Assembly (NCBI GenBank): GCA_038496445.1
Contig: JALMLS010000606.1
Span: 1 to 38,573 of the forward strand
Source: Trichosphaerium sp. ATCC 40318
Taxonomy: Eukaryota; Protista; Tubulinea
DNA: 38,573 bases
Reading direction: 5' to 3'
A program made the translations under genes and the position numbers. The notes beneath the pieces were generated by a model that was not told the origin of the DNA, searched no databases, and saw only the letters and a list, made by a program, of their open reading frames with translations. Below, piece after piece: positions 1-11,324 of the stretch. Within the stretch, counting starts at the first letter, position 1, and every line of letters starts with the position of its first letter.

Positions 1-113
1 ACAGTACAGAGTGCAGTAGTGACCTCCTATTGGCTCAAACTGTAGCAATTTTTTTGGAAATTACAGTTTTAGTTGTCGCGCTTAACCAGCTTTGAACTTA
101 CTTTATTTTACAG

Positions 114-229
114 CTAAAGGTGTTGGTGAACATAGACTGGGATTTGCAACCGATTTTATGCGTGTTGTGGGTACACGAGACAACCCAACAGATAAGAAAA
201 ACTGGAGCGATTTGTATGAAAGTAAATAA
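114..229 (+). CDS. Last exon of a gene starting upstream of the window (…KGVGEHRLGFATDFMRVVGTRDNPTDKKNWSDLYESK*), product unknown
   Basis: Pyrimidine tract plus CAG acceptor at 111-113, open frame to TAA 227-229. Confidence 0.5.
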
Positions 230-598
230 AATGTGAACAACAAAATTCTGACAACTTGTACAAAAAGTATACTCCATAAAAAACTTATTTGTTAAAAGAT
301 TGAAAATATCTCTTTAATTCATTATGGTGTAAGCCTAAAGAACAATAATTGCCAAACTCACAGTGTGTTGCTTGTTTGCAAAACAGAATAAAGCTCTGAA
401 ATTGCAAAACTTGACACGACGATTCATAACAACATTGAGCCCGTCAAACTGCTCTGTTAATGTTCTTGTTGCAACTATGCCTGGATGAGATGGTATTTAA
501 TAGCGGAGAACAGGTATGTAAGACGGTGCAGTTACATCATCCTCGTTCCAACTCAATCAAAACGCAGAGTCGATCGAAGAAATATATTGTTGTTAGAA

Positions 599-1353
599 TC
601 ATACAGTATCATAGTTTTCGTAAACTACATCATCTTTCTTTGTACTACAGCAGCATATACATGCTACAATGACAGTAACAATTGCACCCAATACCAACAG
701 GCCACCGATAGATGAACCCACAATAACTATGATTAGCAAGTCTCGTAGTCCTCTGGGACATTTCTCAGTACTGCAAGCTGGACCATCGCCTCCACTATTG
801 CATAGTTAGTCAGGTCATTGGGCGCCTAGGTTTGGGGAGTTATGGGACTACAGAAGTCAACACTGTGCAGTTCATGTCTTGTTGCAGAGCCGTAAAATAG
901 ATTGTTTTTCACATGTAAGTTATATCAAATTTAAGGTTGGAGGCCTTTCCGGAACATCAGGAACCATGTGATGCCCCCCTGTCAAATTAAGTTACGTACT
1001 TTCCACAATAGTTACATCCTGGCCGTTTTAAACACCTTTCTTTGGCGTACATTTGGCCACAGAAGCCTTGGTTAATAATGTCAAGTCAAGTCAAGATAAT
1101 TGTCGCTGTAGTCCGCTATTTGAATTTCGCGAAGCGCTTTTCGAGAACAAAGTAGCGTACATAATACTTCTGGCGTGTAATGACACTGTCCATAGGTGCT
1201 GTTATAGTAGCATTCAGTGGGACACGTAATCGGTGTGTACGTTCGAATTGTAGGTGCACTAGTTGTAGGTACATCAGTCGTATTTTGAGCATAGGAACAA
1301 GACGCAAGTGCGAGTAATAGAATTACAGTAATACTACCGAGAAAAGGAGCCAT
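599..1353 (-). pseudogene. Cys-rich type I membrane protein, apparently disrupted
   Basis: Signal peptide MAPFLGSITVILLLALASCSYA, Thr/Pro stalk, Cys-rich ectodomain, TM helix LLIIVIVGSSIGGLLVLGAIVTVIVA, tail CICCCSTKKDDVVYENYDTV*. A (TCAAG)x3 expansion at 1081-1095 shifts the frame, and the middle part does not splice cleanly. Confidence 0.55.
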
Positions 1354-2179
1354 GTTTGTCTGTTTAAGTAAGAAGTTCGCCAAAAAAAGTCAAAGTAAAG
1401 TCTAGGTCCAACTTTTACCAATTTACTTTTCGAGACTGTGGTGTACCCGTATTCAAAGGCCTTAACACACATCAGTAGCGCAGTAAGATAAATTGTAGGC
1501 CTTCACTCGAGAGAAATTGCAAAAAGTCACTTCACTTGCAAACGCCAATTCACATGATAGTCTTCCTGGTGCATGTACCTTGGCTAAAACCGTACACCTT
1601 TACTTGTTAGTCTGTACTATTCCATTGTTTACCTATCTAGCTTACAATGACAGAAAGATAAGTTGTGCTGGGCAGATGGCTTATTTTGATGAGCGAATGT
1701 AAGTAATTATGGTGTAGCTCCATACATTTTGACATTAGCTACAAAACAGTATAGTGCTCTTCTTCAAATTACTATAACTGAAGTACAATGAACTATAAAA
1801 CCAGTACAGTTACAACTCTTTTTCTTCACCAGTACACTTCAGCCTAAACTTTTTAGTTTGTCCAAGTTTAGAGTTGTTAGCAATAAATCCTAAATGTTGT
1901 ATATTTCGAAGGATTTGTTTGAGCTGAAATAGCGCTATTCTATTTTAGCATTAAAGTAGCTACTTGTTAAAATGCAACTCCCTATTTGTAGAACGCACGT
2001 GACTTTCTGTTCTAATTCATTAAGTACTACATACACTAATGATATTGGCAAGCTTGTAGAGTTGCATAAGGCCTATGTTCAAACCTCCCGAATAATCAGG
2101 CCTAGCGCTAGCACAAAATAGCGTTATTTCAGGTCAAAGCCTTGCAACATTTTAAACATAACTTGAAGTGTATGTTTAT

Positions 2180-3322
2180 TTAGATCCACACACTATCATC
2201 AGAGAGGTCAGCTTTTATTACATCAATATTAAACACACCAGTTAATGCTTTGATACCCTCATATGTTATTGACATACAACCTCTCAGATAAATAGAATGT
2301 ACACCAACCAACGCTCTCAAACCTTCATCTGTAACCTTTGTCGATCGTAAATCAATTTCATGTACTCCTGCTAATGGCTTGATGCCATCATCTGTAACAC
2401 GTGTACCAGATAAGTTAATTGTGTGTACACCTGCCAATACCTTAACACCTTCATCTGTTACTCTCGTTTCTGATACATCTATTTCATGTACACCAGCTAA
2501 AGCTTTGATGCCTTCATCTGTTATTGATGAGCAATGATATAAAGCGATAGTATGTACACCTCCAAGCATCTTGATGCCTTCATCTGTTATTAACAAACAC
2601 CAGCCCAAGTCAATAGAGTGTACATTTGCCAACAACTTCAAACTTTCATCAGTAATATTTGTGCCTGTCAAACGTATTGTATGTACATCAGTTAAAGCCT
2701 TGATGCCTTCATCTGTTATATGCAAGCAACAACTCAAGTCTATGGTGTGTACACCAACCAGAGACTTCAAACCTTCATCTGTTACATTTGTGTGCAGTAA
2801 ACTTATTGTATGTACACCTGTCAAAGACTTTATGCCTTCATCAGTTATTGACAAACAAAGATTCAAGCTTATAGTGTGTACACCAGCCATATACTTCAAA
2901 CCTTCATCAGTAACTTGTGCATCTTCCAAATTTATATTGTGGACGCCATACAGTGCCTTGATACCCTTTTCTGTTATTGACGTGCAGCGTCTCAAGTTGA
3001 TAGTGTGTACACCCGCAAGTAGGTACAAGTGATTGTCTCTAATGCTTTGAAATTGTTCCAAAGAAATTGGTGTATTCCGAAGCAAAACACTACCTGAAAG
3101 CCTTTGTAGTGAGGCTGCGCTTTTGATGATAATTATTTCGTATCCAACATGCTTGTGGATGATATCGTGTAAGAAATGGCAAGTTTGGGCCGCACGGTGT
3201 CTGTGCGTCCCGTGTTTAAGAATATGAACAAGTATTTCGACTGGTAGCTCAAGAACGTCGAATGTGTATCCCTGCTCACCGTATTCTTTTCCTTGATTAC
3301 TCGCCAAGTGCAATCGTTCCAT
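2180..3322 (-). CDS. F-box plus leucine-rich repeat protein (intronless, 380 aa)
   Basis: N-terminal F-box-like LELPVEILVHIL…TCHFLHDII, then about 11 repeats of 23-24 aa of the form LxGVHTIxLxxCxxITDEGIKA. Confidence 0.9.
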   Translation of the reverse strand: MERLHLASNQGKEYGEQGYTFDVLELPVEILVHILKHGTHRHRAAQTCHFLHDIIHKHVGYEIIIIKSAASLQRLSGSVLLRNTPISLEQFQSIRDNHLYLLAGVHTINLRRCTSITEKGIKALYGVHNINLEDAQVTDEGLKYMAGVHTISLNLCLSITDEGIKSLTGVHTISLLHTNVTDEGLKSLVGVHTIDLSCCLHITDEGIKALTDVHTIRLTGTNITDESLKLLANVHSIDLGWCLLITDEGIKMLGGVHTIALYHCSSITDEGIKALAGVHEIDVSETRVTDEGVKVLAGVHTINLSGTRVTDDGIKPLAGVHEIDLRSTKVTDEGLRALVGVHSIYLRGCMSITYEGIKALTGVFNIDVIKADLSDDSVWI

Positions 3323-3475
3323 TCGAAATAAAGGTAGACCAGCAGTAAGACGTTCAAGTCAAACTATTTCGCGATTTTTTCTTTTAATTAATTTGCAATT
3401 AAGTAAGCATCGTATATTTTTAAGTGAGAGCAAGATTTGTTGACGTATTGGCATTAGCACTGTTTAGTACATTAT

Positions 3476-5279
3476 ATGGAACTTTCTATGCAATTTTTAG
3501 GTAACTCTCAAGAATTTGCGAAAGTGTCAAACACCAATAACTAGGCAAACAGTTTATTAATACTGTTGATAATGATTTGGAGAGGGTTCCGCTCGTAAAC
3601 ACAATTGGAAAAGAGGATTTGTTTCAGAGTCTACCGTTAGAGGTTTTACGCGAAACTTGACAAATGAGCACGTGTTTAACTTGGATTTAGATTCACTACA
3701 AGGTGTTTACGTTTTTGGAGCCAAAAGACTTGAAACACGCTTTATGTGTCAACTGGGAGTGGTAAGAGAACATTTTTAGTCTGTTTTTTGCATCTTGGGG
3801 AGAAGTAGCTTCTGTAATTATTTTTCAAAAATAGGTTTTCTGTAGGAGATAGTGACGTGTTTTGGCAAGATCATGGTACTCGAAAGGACACTATTCGTGT
3901 AAATAGGAAAGCGTACAGACGTAAGAGAAGGCGTCAAGTACAGGCTGCTACTATTCAAGCGACTGACAAGCTATTTTGCAGTATTTACACTAGAGGGCAC
4001 GTGATAGTGTTTATTTAAGGAAGAAAAACAACCTTTTTATGGAGTGCTCTTACAAGTTTGTTTATAGGTTCTGGGGTCTTGTTATTACCGCAGCTCTAGC
4101 TATTGGTATTTTCTATAGTAACGTATATTTCAACCACAAATATGGGTGGTCGTGTACGGGGTTTTTTATAGGCGAAGTTTTTTAGTGACGTGTTTTAACT
4201 TGCTTCCCTAGTTTGTCTCATTTTTCATGGTCTTTGTTGGAGCGCAATGTTATTTCTTGTGTACTTATTTATCATGGCTTATGTAAGCTTAATATCACCT
4301 AACATATTAATCTTGTTCTTAAGAAAGGAGGCAAGAACGGAATGGTTACTTTTATAATGTTTAATTTAATCTTTGGATTTGGATTCGGTGTCATTTTATA
4401 TGAACGTCTACCATGGTCCATCGAAGTTATGAGAAACATGCCTAAAGAACCTGTATCTTTTTCAGAAATGAAAGGTCTCACGGGTGTCTATCCAGCGTTT
4501 AAACTAAAAGATAGAATCCGAGTTGATACAAAAAGCGTATTTAGTGGATACATACTTTCCAAAGATGGATATATGACAGCTGTAGTTATGGCTCCTGTAT
4601 CTATAAGTACGCTTAAAACAAAACTCCCTCCATATGTTGCTATTATTTACACACATTAGTGCCAAATTCGACATCACAAAGACAAGGGAATGCTCCAAAA
4701 ACTGCTGTTCTACGCTACTCAGACCAAGTGAAGTATAAGGAGTTTAATCTCATTTTTTCGACTTTGTTAGCATACAAAAATCAAGTTGTAGCTGGTTGGG
4801 AAGAAGCGAATAACAGTAGTCAGATAATCACTAACGCTTACGATACTGGTAAGGACATGTTGATTAAAGTTACTCCTAATCGAGTTCACAGGTGCATTTT
4901 ATCAATGGGGCTATCGCAAAAGGCCGAAGAGAAATTCTTTTAAAGATGTCCCAAGACAAATGGCAGCCTATTCTTTACAGGAGTGCCTAGGCACGTGATT
5001 TTTTTACAATATTGGTAAAAACCAAACAGACCAGTTTTTCTACATAATCTCTTCCATGATGTTTCAAGTGCTTGATTAAAGTTCATGTTAGGTGGAAACT
5101 CTAGTTTTGGTTATGATGACTTTTATTTTGATGTATTTCCAGAGAGGATCTTCAATATGACGTATGGAGAAGATGCTTACAATAAAGTAAACAAACAGTA
5201 TCATATATACCTTATATGGTCTTCTGTAACTCTGGGAGCATTGACTTTTCTTGGCTGGACAATATTCACTTCATTGTAG
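3476..5279 (+). CDS. F-box protein with several transmembrane helices (about 9 exons; the 3' end may extend to about 5513)
   Basis: Spliced: MELSMQFLG…LFQSLPLE|IHYKVFTFLEPKDLKHALCVNWEW…DSDVFWQ (F-box), then hydrophobic helices FWGLVITAALAIGIF, CLIFHGLCWSAMLFLVYLFI, VTFIMFNLIFGFGFGVIL and C-terminal IYLIWSSVTLGALTFLGWTIF. Two GC-AG introns are needed. Confidence 0.7.
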
Positions 5280-5567
5280 GCACGTTCAAAATACGAGTCT
5301 TAGTCAAGTTGTATTTTGGTTCTTCGAACACGTGATAATCATGTGATACAATTCGTTTTACAATTAACCACTATTTTTTCTTTGTAACATCCTACCATCA
5401 CACGTTGGTTAATTGCTTGAAGGTTTACAAAGATGGAAATGAAACAGGAATGTGTAATAAAGAAAAAACTCTCAATGAATAAAATGCGAGTAGTTGATGC
5501 TATTTTTTGGTGAATGCTCCACACTAGATTTACACTGTTTTTATTTGTAAGAAAATATGTTTTAAGG

Positions 5568-6441
5568 TCATAGCTTATTCAACAAAGCGCACTTCATGGG
5601 TAATCTGAGTTTTTTTTTTGCTTGTTTTTTTTCCCAAACAATAACATATTGTTTTACGTACGTATCCTCACTACTTTCCCTGTAGTATTCCACACAATTG
5701 TTTGTATCTGCGTCTGAATGCCCGCTGTAATATACCTGCTCAAGTGCTATTTCGGCGCCCACATTTTCATAATCGCTTGAATACTTAGCAAGTGCTGCAA
5801 ACATTTTAACACCAAAGCAAAGGCTTTTTTTGGACTCAATACACATGGCCGTCACTATCATGAAGATGAATCGTTGTAGGTGTGTCTCCTTTGCAAAATA
5901 AACAACTCACAACACTACCATCAGATTTCGGACAAGCAACAAGTTATTCTGGAAGATGCTAAGTAAGTCATCCAAAACAAAATCACCAAACTCTCCTTCT
6001 AAAAAATCTAACAGTTCACCAGTAACAAGTGCAAGCATCACCTTATTCTCGCTTAGTGCTCTTATTAGACCTGAAAATAGCTCTGGTTGCTCCTTGCCAA
6101 GTGATACGCTAGTGTTTGTATGCAGCAATATTCATTAAGGTTTCATTGGACGTATCATAAATCTTGCTTATTCGTTCCCCGAATGCTTTGTTTGTTCCAA
6201 GGTGTACAATGCTAACGCATTTCTCAAGATGTAAAATATCTAACACCATCATCTACAACACTCGTTAGATAACTGGCGGAGTGACTGATAGCATCCTGTT
6301 TTCGTTTCTTGCATATAGTTAGAGTCGATAAACCAAAAAGTCAATGTTTCAAGTGAAACTTCTTGTAAACACTATTCACGAAATGAGCCGTATTTGGGTA
6401 GTTCCTTTAGCAACTGAGTCCAGCAAAGCAACAACAGTCAT
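5568..6441 (-). pseudogene. Possible decayed coding sequence, product unknown
   Basis: Several adjacent short protein-like ORFs in different frames (5568-5861, 5907-6128) without convincing splice sites joining them. Confidence 0.3.
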
Positions 6442-6771
6442 TCAATGAGATTGAAGACCGTCTAAAACGAACTTTAAAAGTTGCAAGTTTTTAAGCATAC
6501 GTAGTACACATCACAAACAATAATCTGGTAAAAAGTTAACATTAAAAAAGTTCAGTTGGAAAAACCGTTTTCCTACACATTGTCCACTATCTGAACAGCA
6601 AAGGTTTGATTTATCGTTGTCACTAGCGTTTCAAAAATTTCGTTATGTACGACACGTGGGTATACTTAATACTAGTAAATGTAAGTGAATACAAGCAGAT
6701 GTTCCCTCAAACAAAAATATCTCAATCTCAATAAGTCTTATCTCAATAGCAAATTATTTATTTTATCTGTT

Positions 6772-7362
6772 TTAGTCACTGTTCTCAAAAACCATGTCAG
6801 GAAGAGAACACGTGAGCGATCGCATACCATAACTTCGTTTTATTTTCTTCGGGCGCTCTTTCAGATTATTCTTTTCATCTAATGGAGAATACCCATCAGG
6901 CACGTGACATACTTCAACGCGAAGTACAGGATGAACTCCTTTTTTTGCTGTTCTTAATTTTACGTTATATGAGTCTTCAAAGTATTTTTCCAAGTCTCCA
7001 AAGTCTTCTATGTTTATAAACGCTTTAGCTACTGTCTTGTTTCGCTTCTTTCTCTTAATTTTAAACAACACGAAGAGAGGTATCCCAACTGTTTGCTCTA
7101 TCTTTAAATCTCGGAATGAGTGCTTCCAAAATACCTTCCCATCATTCATTTGTTCTTTATAGTGCGTGTGTAACGTTGTAGAGGTTGATTTAGGCTGATT
7201 CATAGAAAATAATTTAATATCAACACAAAACGATGAGCCTGCTGCTCTTAGCTCAGATACGCTCTTTATTTTTATACGAAGCCTTCCTTTATGTAAGTTA
7301 GGCGTACTCATATAAGAATAAGATTCTTCCTCGCCGTCATAGAAGTCACAGTAGTGTTTCAT
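6772..7362 (-). CDS. C2-domain protein (intronless, 196 aa)
   Basis: C2-like strands GRLRIKIKSVSEL, VFWKHSF, LFVLFKIK, VAKAFINIEDF, YNVKL…LRVEV. Confidence 0.7.
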   Translation of the reverse strand: MKHYCDFYDGEEESYSYMSTPNLHKGRLRIKIKSVSELRAAGSSFCVDIKLFSMNQPKSTSTTLHTHYKEQMNDGKVFWKHSFRDLKIEQTVGIPLFVLFKIKRKKRNKTVAKAFINIEDFGDLEKYFEDSYNVKLRTAKKGVHPVLRVEVCHVPDGYSPLDEKNNLKERPKKIKRSYGMRSLTCSLPDMVFENSD

Positions 7363-7771
7363 GCTGCTGTCTGGTTTTTTAAATGAACAAAAAACTACAA
7401 CAACTACACGACTTAATGACGTGTTTCGACGTTGTTGTAGTAAAACTGTAAGACTCAGGACCTCAACAAAAGAACGTAGATTGGAATCTACGGGAAGCTA
7501 GGAATAGAAATTCAGAAAACGTGGGACACGCTAATTCACGAAGTGACGTCATTGTTAATTATTCGGATATTGTAATTTACCGGACTATTCACCACGTGGT
7601 GTTAGCTTGTGAGTAATACCTACAGGACAGAAATACTGCGAAACAAACGCTCCACTCATTTTTAGAGCATATCCTCAGCAAGAAACAAAAAAAAAGTGAA
7701 ACGACACGTGTTCATTACTTACCGAAAAAAAAAATAAGAAAACAAAGGTTGAGTTATAATAATAAAGTTTA

Positions 7772-9705
7772 TTATTCTTCAGTTACAAGGATCAATTCAG
7801 AACCAGCATTGATGTTCTTCCACATGGACATGGTGTACATTTGTGTGCTCAAGTAGTATCCAGCACCGGCTTCAATAGTGGAAGGAACAGTGATTGTTAC
7901 ATTTGCTTGACCTTCGCCTTGATCGACGAGAGCAAATCCAGTTGAAACAGTTTCGAACTTCTTGTTTAGGGATACAACAAGGCTGCTTGGTTCAGCAGCG
8001 TAATAGCCAACTTCTACGACTTGGTCGGAACCAATTTGTAGGTTTTCAGGCTGGGCGATAGTGGCAACGCTACTAGCATCACTAAAAACAAACAGTAAGT
8101 ACACAAGAAACGCCAACATTTCTAGAAATACAAAAAACAGAAATTTACACGTACATAATTGAACGCTTGCCAGGGCAGTTGTTGTTATTGTTGTTATTGT
8201 TGTTGTTGTTGTTGTTGTTGTTATTGTTGTTTTTGCTTGAACGCGCAAAGGTAATGTAGTTCAAGTTGAACTCAGCAGCAGTGAACTTAACAAGGACCTT
8301 ACGTTTTCCTGCGTTGATCTTACCAAAGGTTTCTGTAACGCTTTTGAATGTTTGCCATCCGCCAGTTGTTTTGAACTCGAATTTCCTTACTTTGTTGTTG
8401 ATTTCGATCAACAGGCTCTTATCTTGTCTTTTTGGGTCTCTGTCATCTGAAGCTACACGAACAGTAATATCGTAATCGCCTGATTGAGTAAAGTCTACAT
8501 CGTATTCAACCCATTCACCGTTTTGAACCCAACCAATGTTACAAACACCGTTGTTATCAAGGGTAGCTTGTAAATCGACAAGGTGGGATCTTCCAGAGTT
8601 GTACGGAGCGCAGTTTGACTTTCCTTTGGAGAAAGAATAAGCAAAAACAAAGAAAAGACCAAAAAAAAAGCGATGAAGTCTGTTCAATGACTAAACGTAC
8701 CTTGGTTACCGTTACCCTTATCCTCAAACCTTCTAAAGTTCTGAGCTTGAACTGTACCAGGAGCGCGGTTATTGATGTTTCTTGGAGGTGGAGGGTTGTT
8801 GTTGTTATTATTATTGTTGTTGTTGTTGTTATTGTTGTTATTGTTGTTGTTGTTGTTGTTATTGTTCCTTGGAGGTGGAGGATTGCTGCTACCGTCATAT
8901 TTCTTAACAAGGGATCCTTCTTTAAAGTTTCTTGGTTTAGCCTTACGAGCACTTTCGATTCTCGAACAAGGAGCTCTTTTACATTGACCAAGTTCGAATG
9001 TCCTGGCAGTACAACTTTCAGAAGTACGTTTGAAAGTATCTGTCTTTGGACCGCCCTGGATACGGACGTATGCGCAACTGTAGTAGTCTACAATATTACC
9101 CATAGTACCACCGAACCAAGTCTAAACATTAAAGCATAAGCAACAGACAAACGAAGGAAGAAAGCTAAAAACTGTTTTCTGATAAAAAAAAGAAATTGAA
9201 GGTTAATGATGTTATATAAACGTACCCAGCCCAAGATGTATACACCGTCTGGAATATGAGTTGGTACTTTTACTCTTGCTTCCAAAACTTTGTTATCAGT
9301 TCCGCAACGGCCACGAGCGCCAGCGCAAGATTCTGGTTTTCCGTCCCAGCATACGTAAGTGAAAGTAAAATCCTTGTGTGCTTGTCTGTCCCACATTTTA
9401 TCCTTTGGTACAAGGGCTAAGCTAACAAAACCATGTCTGTGACCATTTCTAGCCCAATTAACTTTCTCCATGTCTCCTCTCTTCCAAGTATCAACGATTG
9501 TCTTATCGTCGTATCTAGAACCAGTTTTTACACCTTTAATGTTCTCGCAAGGGCCTGAGCATCCCATATCTGGGCTTCCGCCTAAGCGACAACCTCCCGT
9601 TCCTCTATAACGAGGAAAAGGATGGGTCATGTAACTGTGCGCAGAGGTTGTTTGGAAGAAAACCGTGAGTGTTGCAATAATAAGCAACAGTGTGGTTGTG
9701 TTCAT
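7772..9705 (-). CDS. Secreted LPMO-like (His-brace) protein plus poly-Asn linker plus CBM6-like module plus poly-Asn linker plus C-terminal beta-sandwich module (4 exons)
   Basis: Signal peptide ends TSA, exposing His1 (HSYMTHP). Second His in RNGHRHGFVSL, then PDGVYILGW|TWFGG…DYYSCAYVRI. CBM6 motifs IGWVQNGEWVEYDV, RVAS, TGGWQTF, FNLNYITF. Three introns with GTACGT donors. Confidence 0.8.
8178..8230 (-). repeat. (AAC/AAT)n microsatellite encoding a poly-Asn linker
   Basis: GTT/ATT triplet run on the + strand. Confidence 0.9.
8795..8866 (-). repeat. (AAC/AAT)n microsatellite encoding a poly-Asn linker, flanked by PPPPRN on both sides
   Basis: Triplet run between two PPPPRN-coding copies. 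Confidence 0.9.
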
Positions 9706-11324
9706 GTTTATAGGTGTTTGATATTTTTATCGGTGATAGGTGTGTTATGTGTTGTGTAAGTGAATTTCTGGCCAAAACTAAACAGTTTTCGATGAGGAAG
9801 TTCCTTTCCCTAAAAAGGAAAGACTAACTCCCGTATTGTCGTCAACTAAAAATTGTTTAAAGGTAGCTAGTAGTATACTACTACTAAGTGCAATTACACT
9901 TGTACAGAATTCAAAACGCAAACCTTACGTATAAAAGAAAAAGAACTTTATTTCGCTCAAACACGCTTTAAATCCCTAGATGTTGTTATTGTGCGAAACT
10001 TACTGTTTTCAATGAGGTTTCTACTTATGAGCAAGATTGCCTAAGTTGAGCGTACTCCTCCGCCAAACTCGGAAGGGCGCCCAAAATGTAACATTGTCGG
10101 CTTACTGCAACAACGTATGAAGTAATCGGAGACCTTTGAAATGTTAATAGTAGTTCGTAGATAGAATTCGATAAGGTCAAAAAGAACTTCTTCCTAAAGC
10201 ATCATAGAGGTCTCTATAATTATTTTGTAGGCGCCAGCATGCTTCGGAACATCTTAGCCCAAAACACCGAGTTTCGCGCAAGATTTGCGCTAGTTGTTCT
10301 TACTTTGAAAGGAAATTCCTTTAGGCGTTAAATCTATGGACTAGCGCTTCGCTACTAGCGTATTGCATCATCTATTAAAGATGTACATGTTGCGTAGTTG
10401 CAAAATCATCCAGCACGGCGTTTTCCTTATTGCAAACTCGTGGCAAAGCCAACCACAAACACACCAAGTTTAGATTCACTTTTAAATTCTCCCACGTGGT
10501 AGCTGTGGCGTGATAAAACCACTTTACTAAATCTCACACTGGACTCAAAGTAAACAAAGACAAATATCATGTATTACGAATAGAGATCTCTAAAAACAGC
10601 CAAGTGAATAGATAGAGTCATCAACTCAAAAAGCATAAGGTTGTATTTACGTCAGTGTATCAGACAACTTGTCGAAACGGAGATGTTATCGGAAAGTGAA
10701 GTATTTCAAATATGGCTATTTTTTTCACAAATTGTTAATTTCTGTTTTCCGTACATACGAAAATCGACGCAATTACTAGTAAATGGTAGCATCAAAACAA
10801 TTTAACAACAGTATCTGTGTTGCTACAAAGTGAGAGCTCCCGGAATTGCTTCGAAATAAAACTTTGAAGATAGTTTTTTTTCTCACTACAACGCCACTTG
10901 TTTGCCGTTTGATACCTTATTATTAAATTCCTATAGCCACACGTACACATTATTTGATTGTTCATTGTAGTGGCAGAACTGTCATACATCAAGCTAAATT
11001 CAATTTGTAGTCGGATAAGCCACAACGCCAATACAGATTCACACAAATGAATAAGTCTTTTGACGACATTCTCAATTCAGTTTGACGTTTTGACATTGTG
11101 AGTGGCAAAATGTTAACGTAACTGACACTGTAGGCTCAAGTACTTGTATGAAAGGATGTAGGATCTCTGTATGCTTGCGCTGGAGGTGTCATAGATATTT
11201 GGGTTTGAGTGTCAAATTTCTAACATTAAATTGTTCAAGCTGAAAGGAGACGCCACGTCCTAATGCGCTACATTACGTCAATTCCACAGAAACTAACACG
11301 TTATTGGTTGGAAACAAAATAATT

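Noticed and set aside
2300-3010. Regularly spaced CCTTCATCTGT repeats resembling a CRISPR array
   Set aside because: They are codons of the LRR unit (TDEG); the spacers are homologous to each other and the context is eukaryotic.
2571-3032. Plus-strand ORFs over the LRR genes (also 31257-31749)
   Set aside because: Antisense shadows of repetitive coding sequence.
8557-9139. Poly-Leu, poly-Val and poly-Thr ORFs
   Set aside because: Alternative frames of the poly-Asn microsatellites.
9900-11250. Possible gene in the long spacer, including ORF 10792-11046
   Set aside because: No coherent spliced frame or recognisable motifs found.
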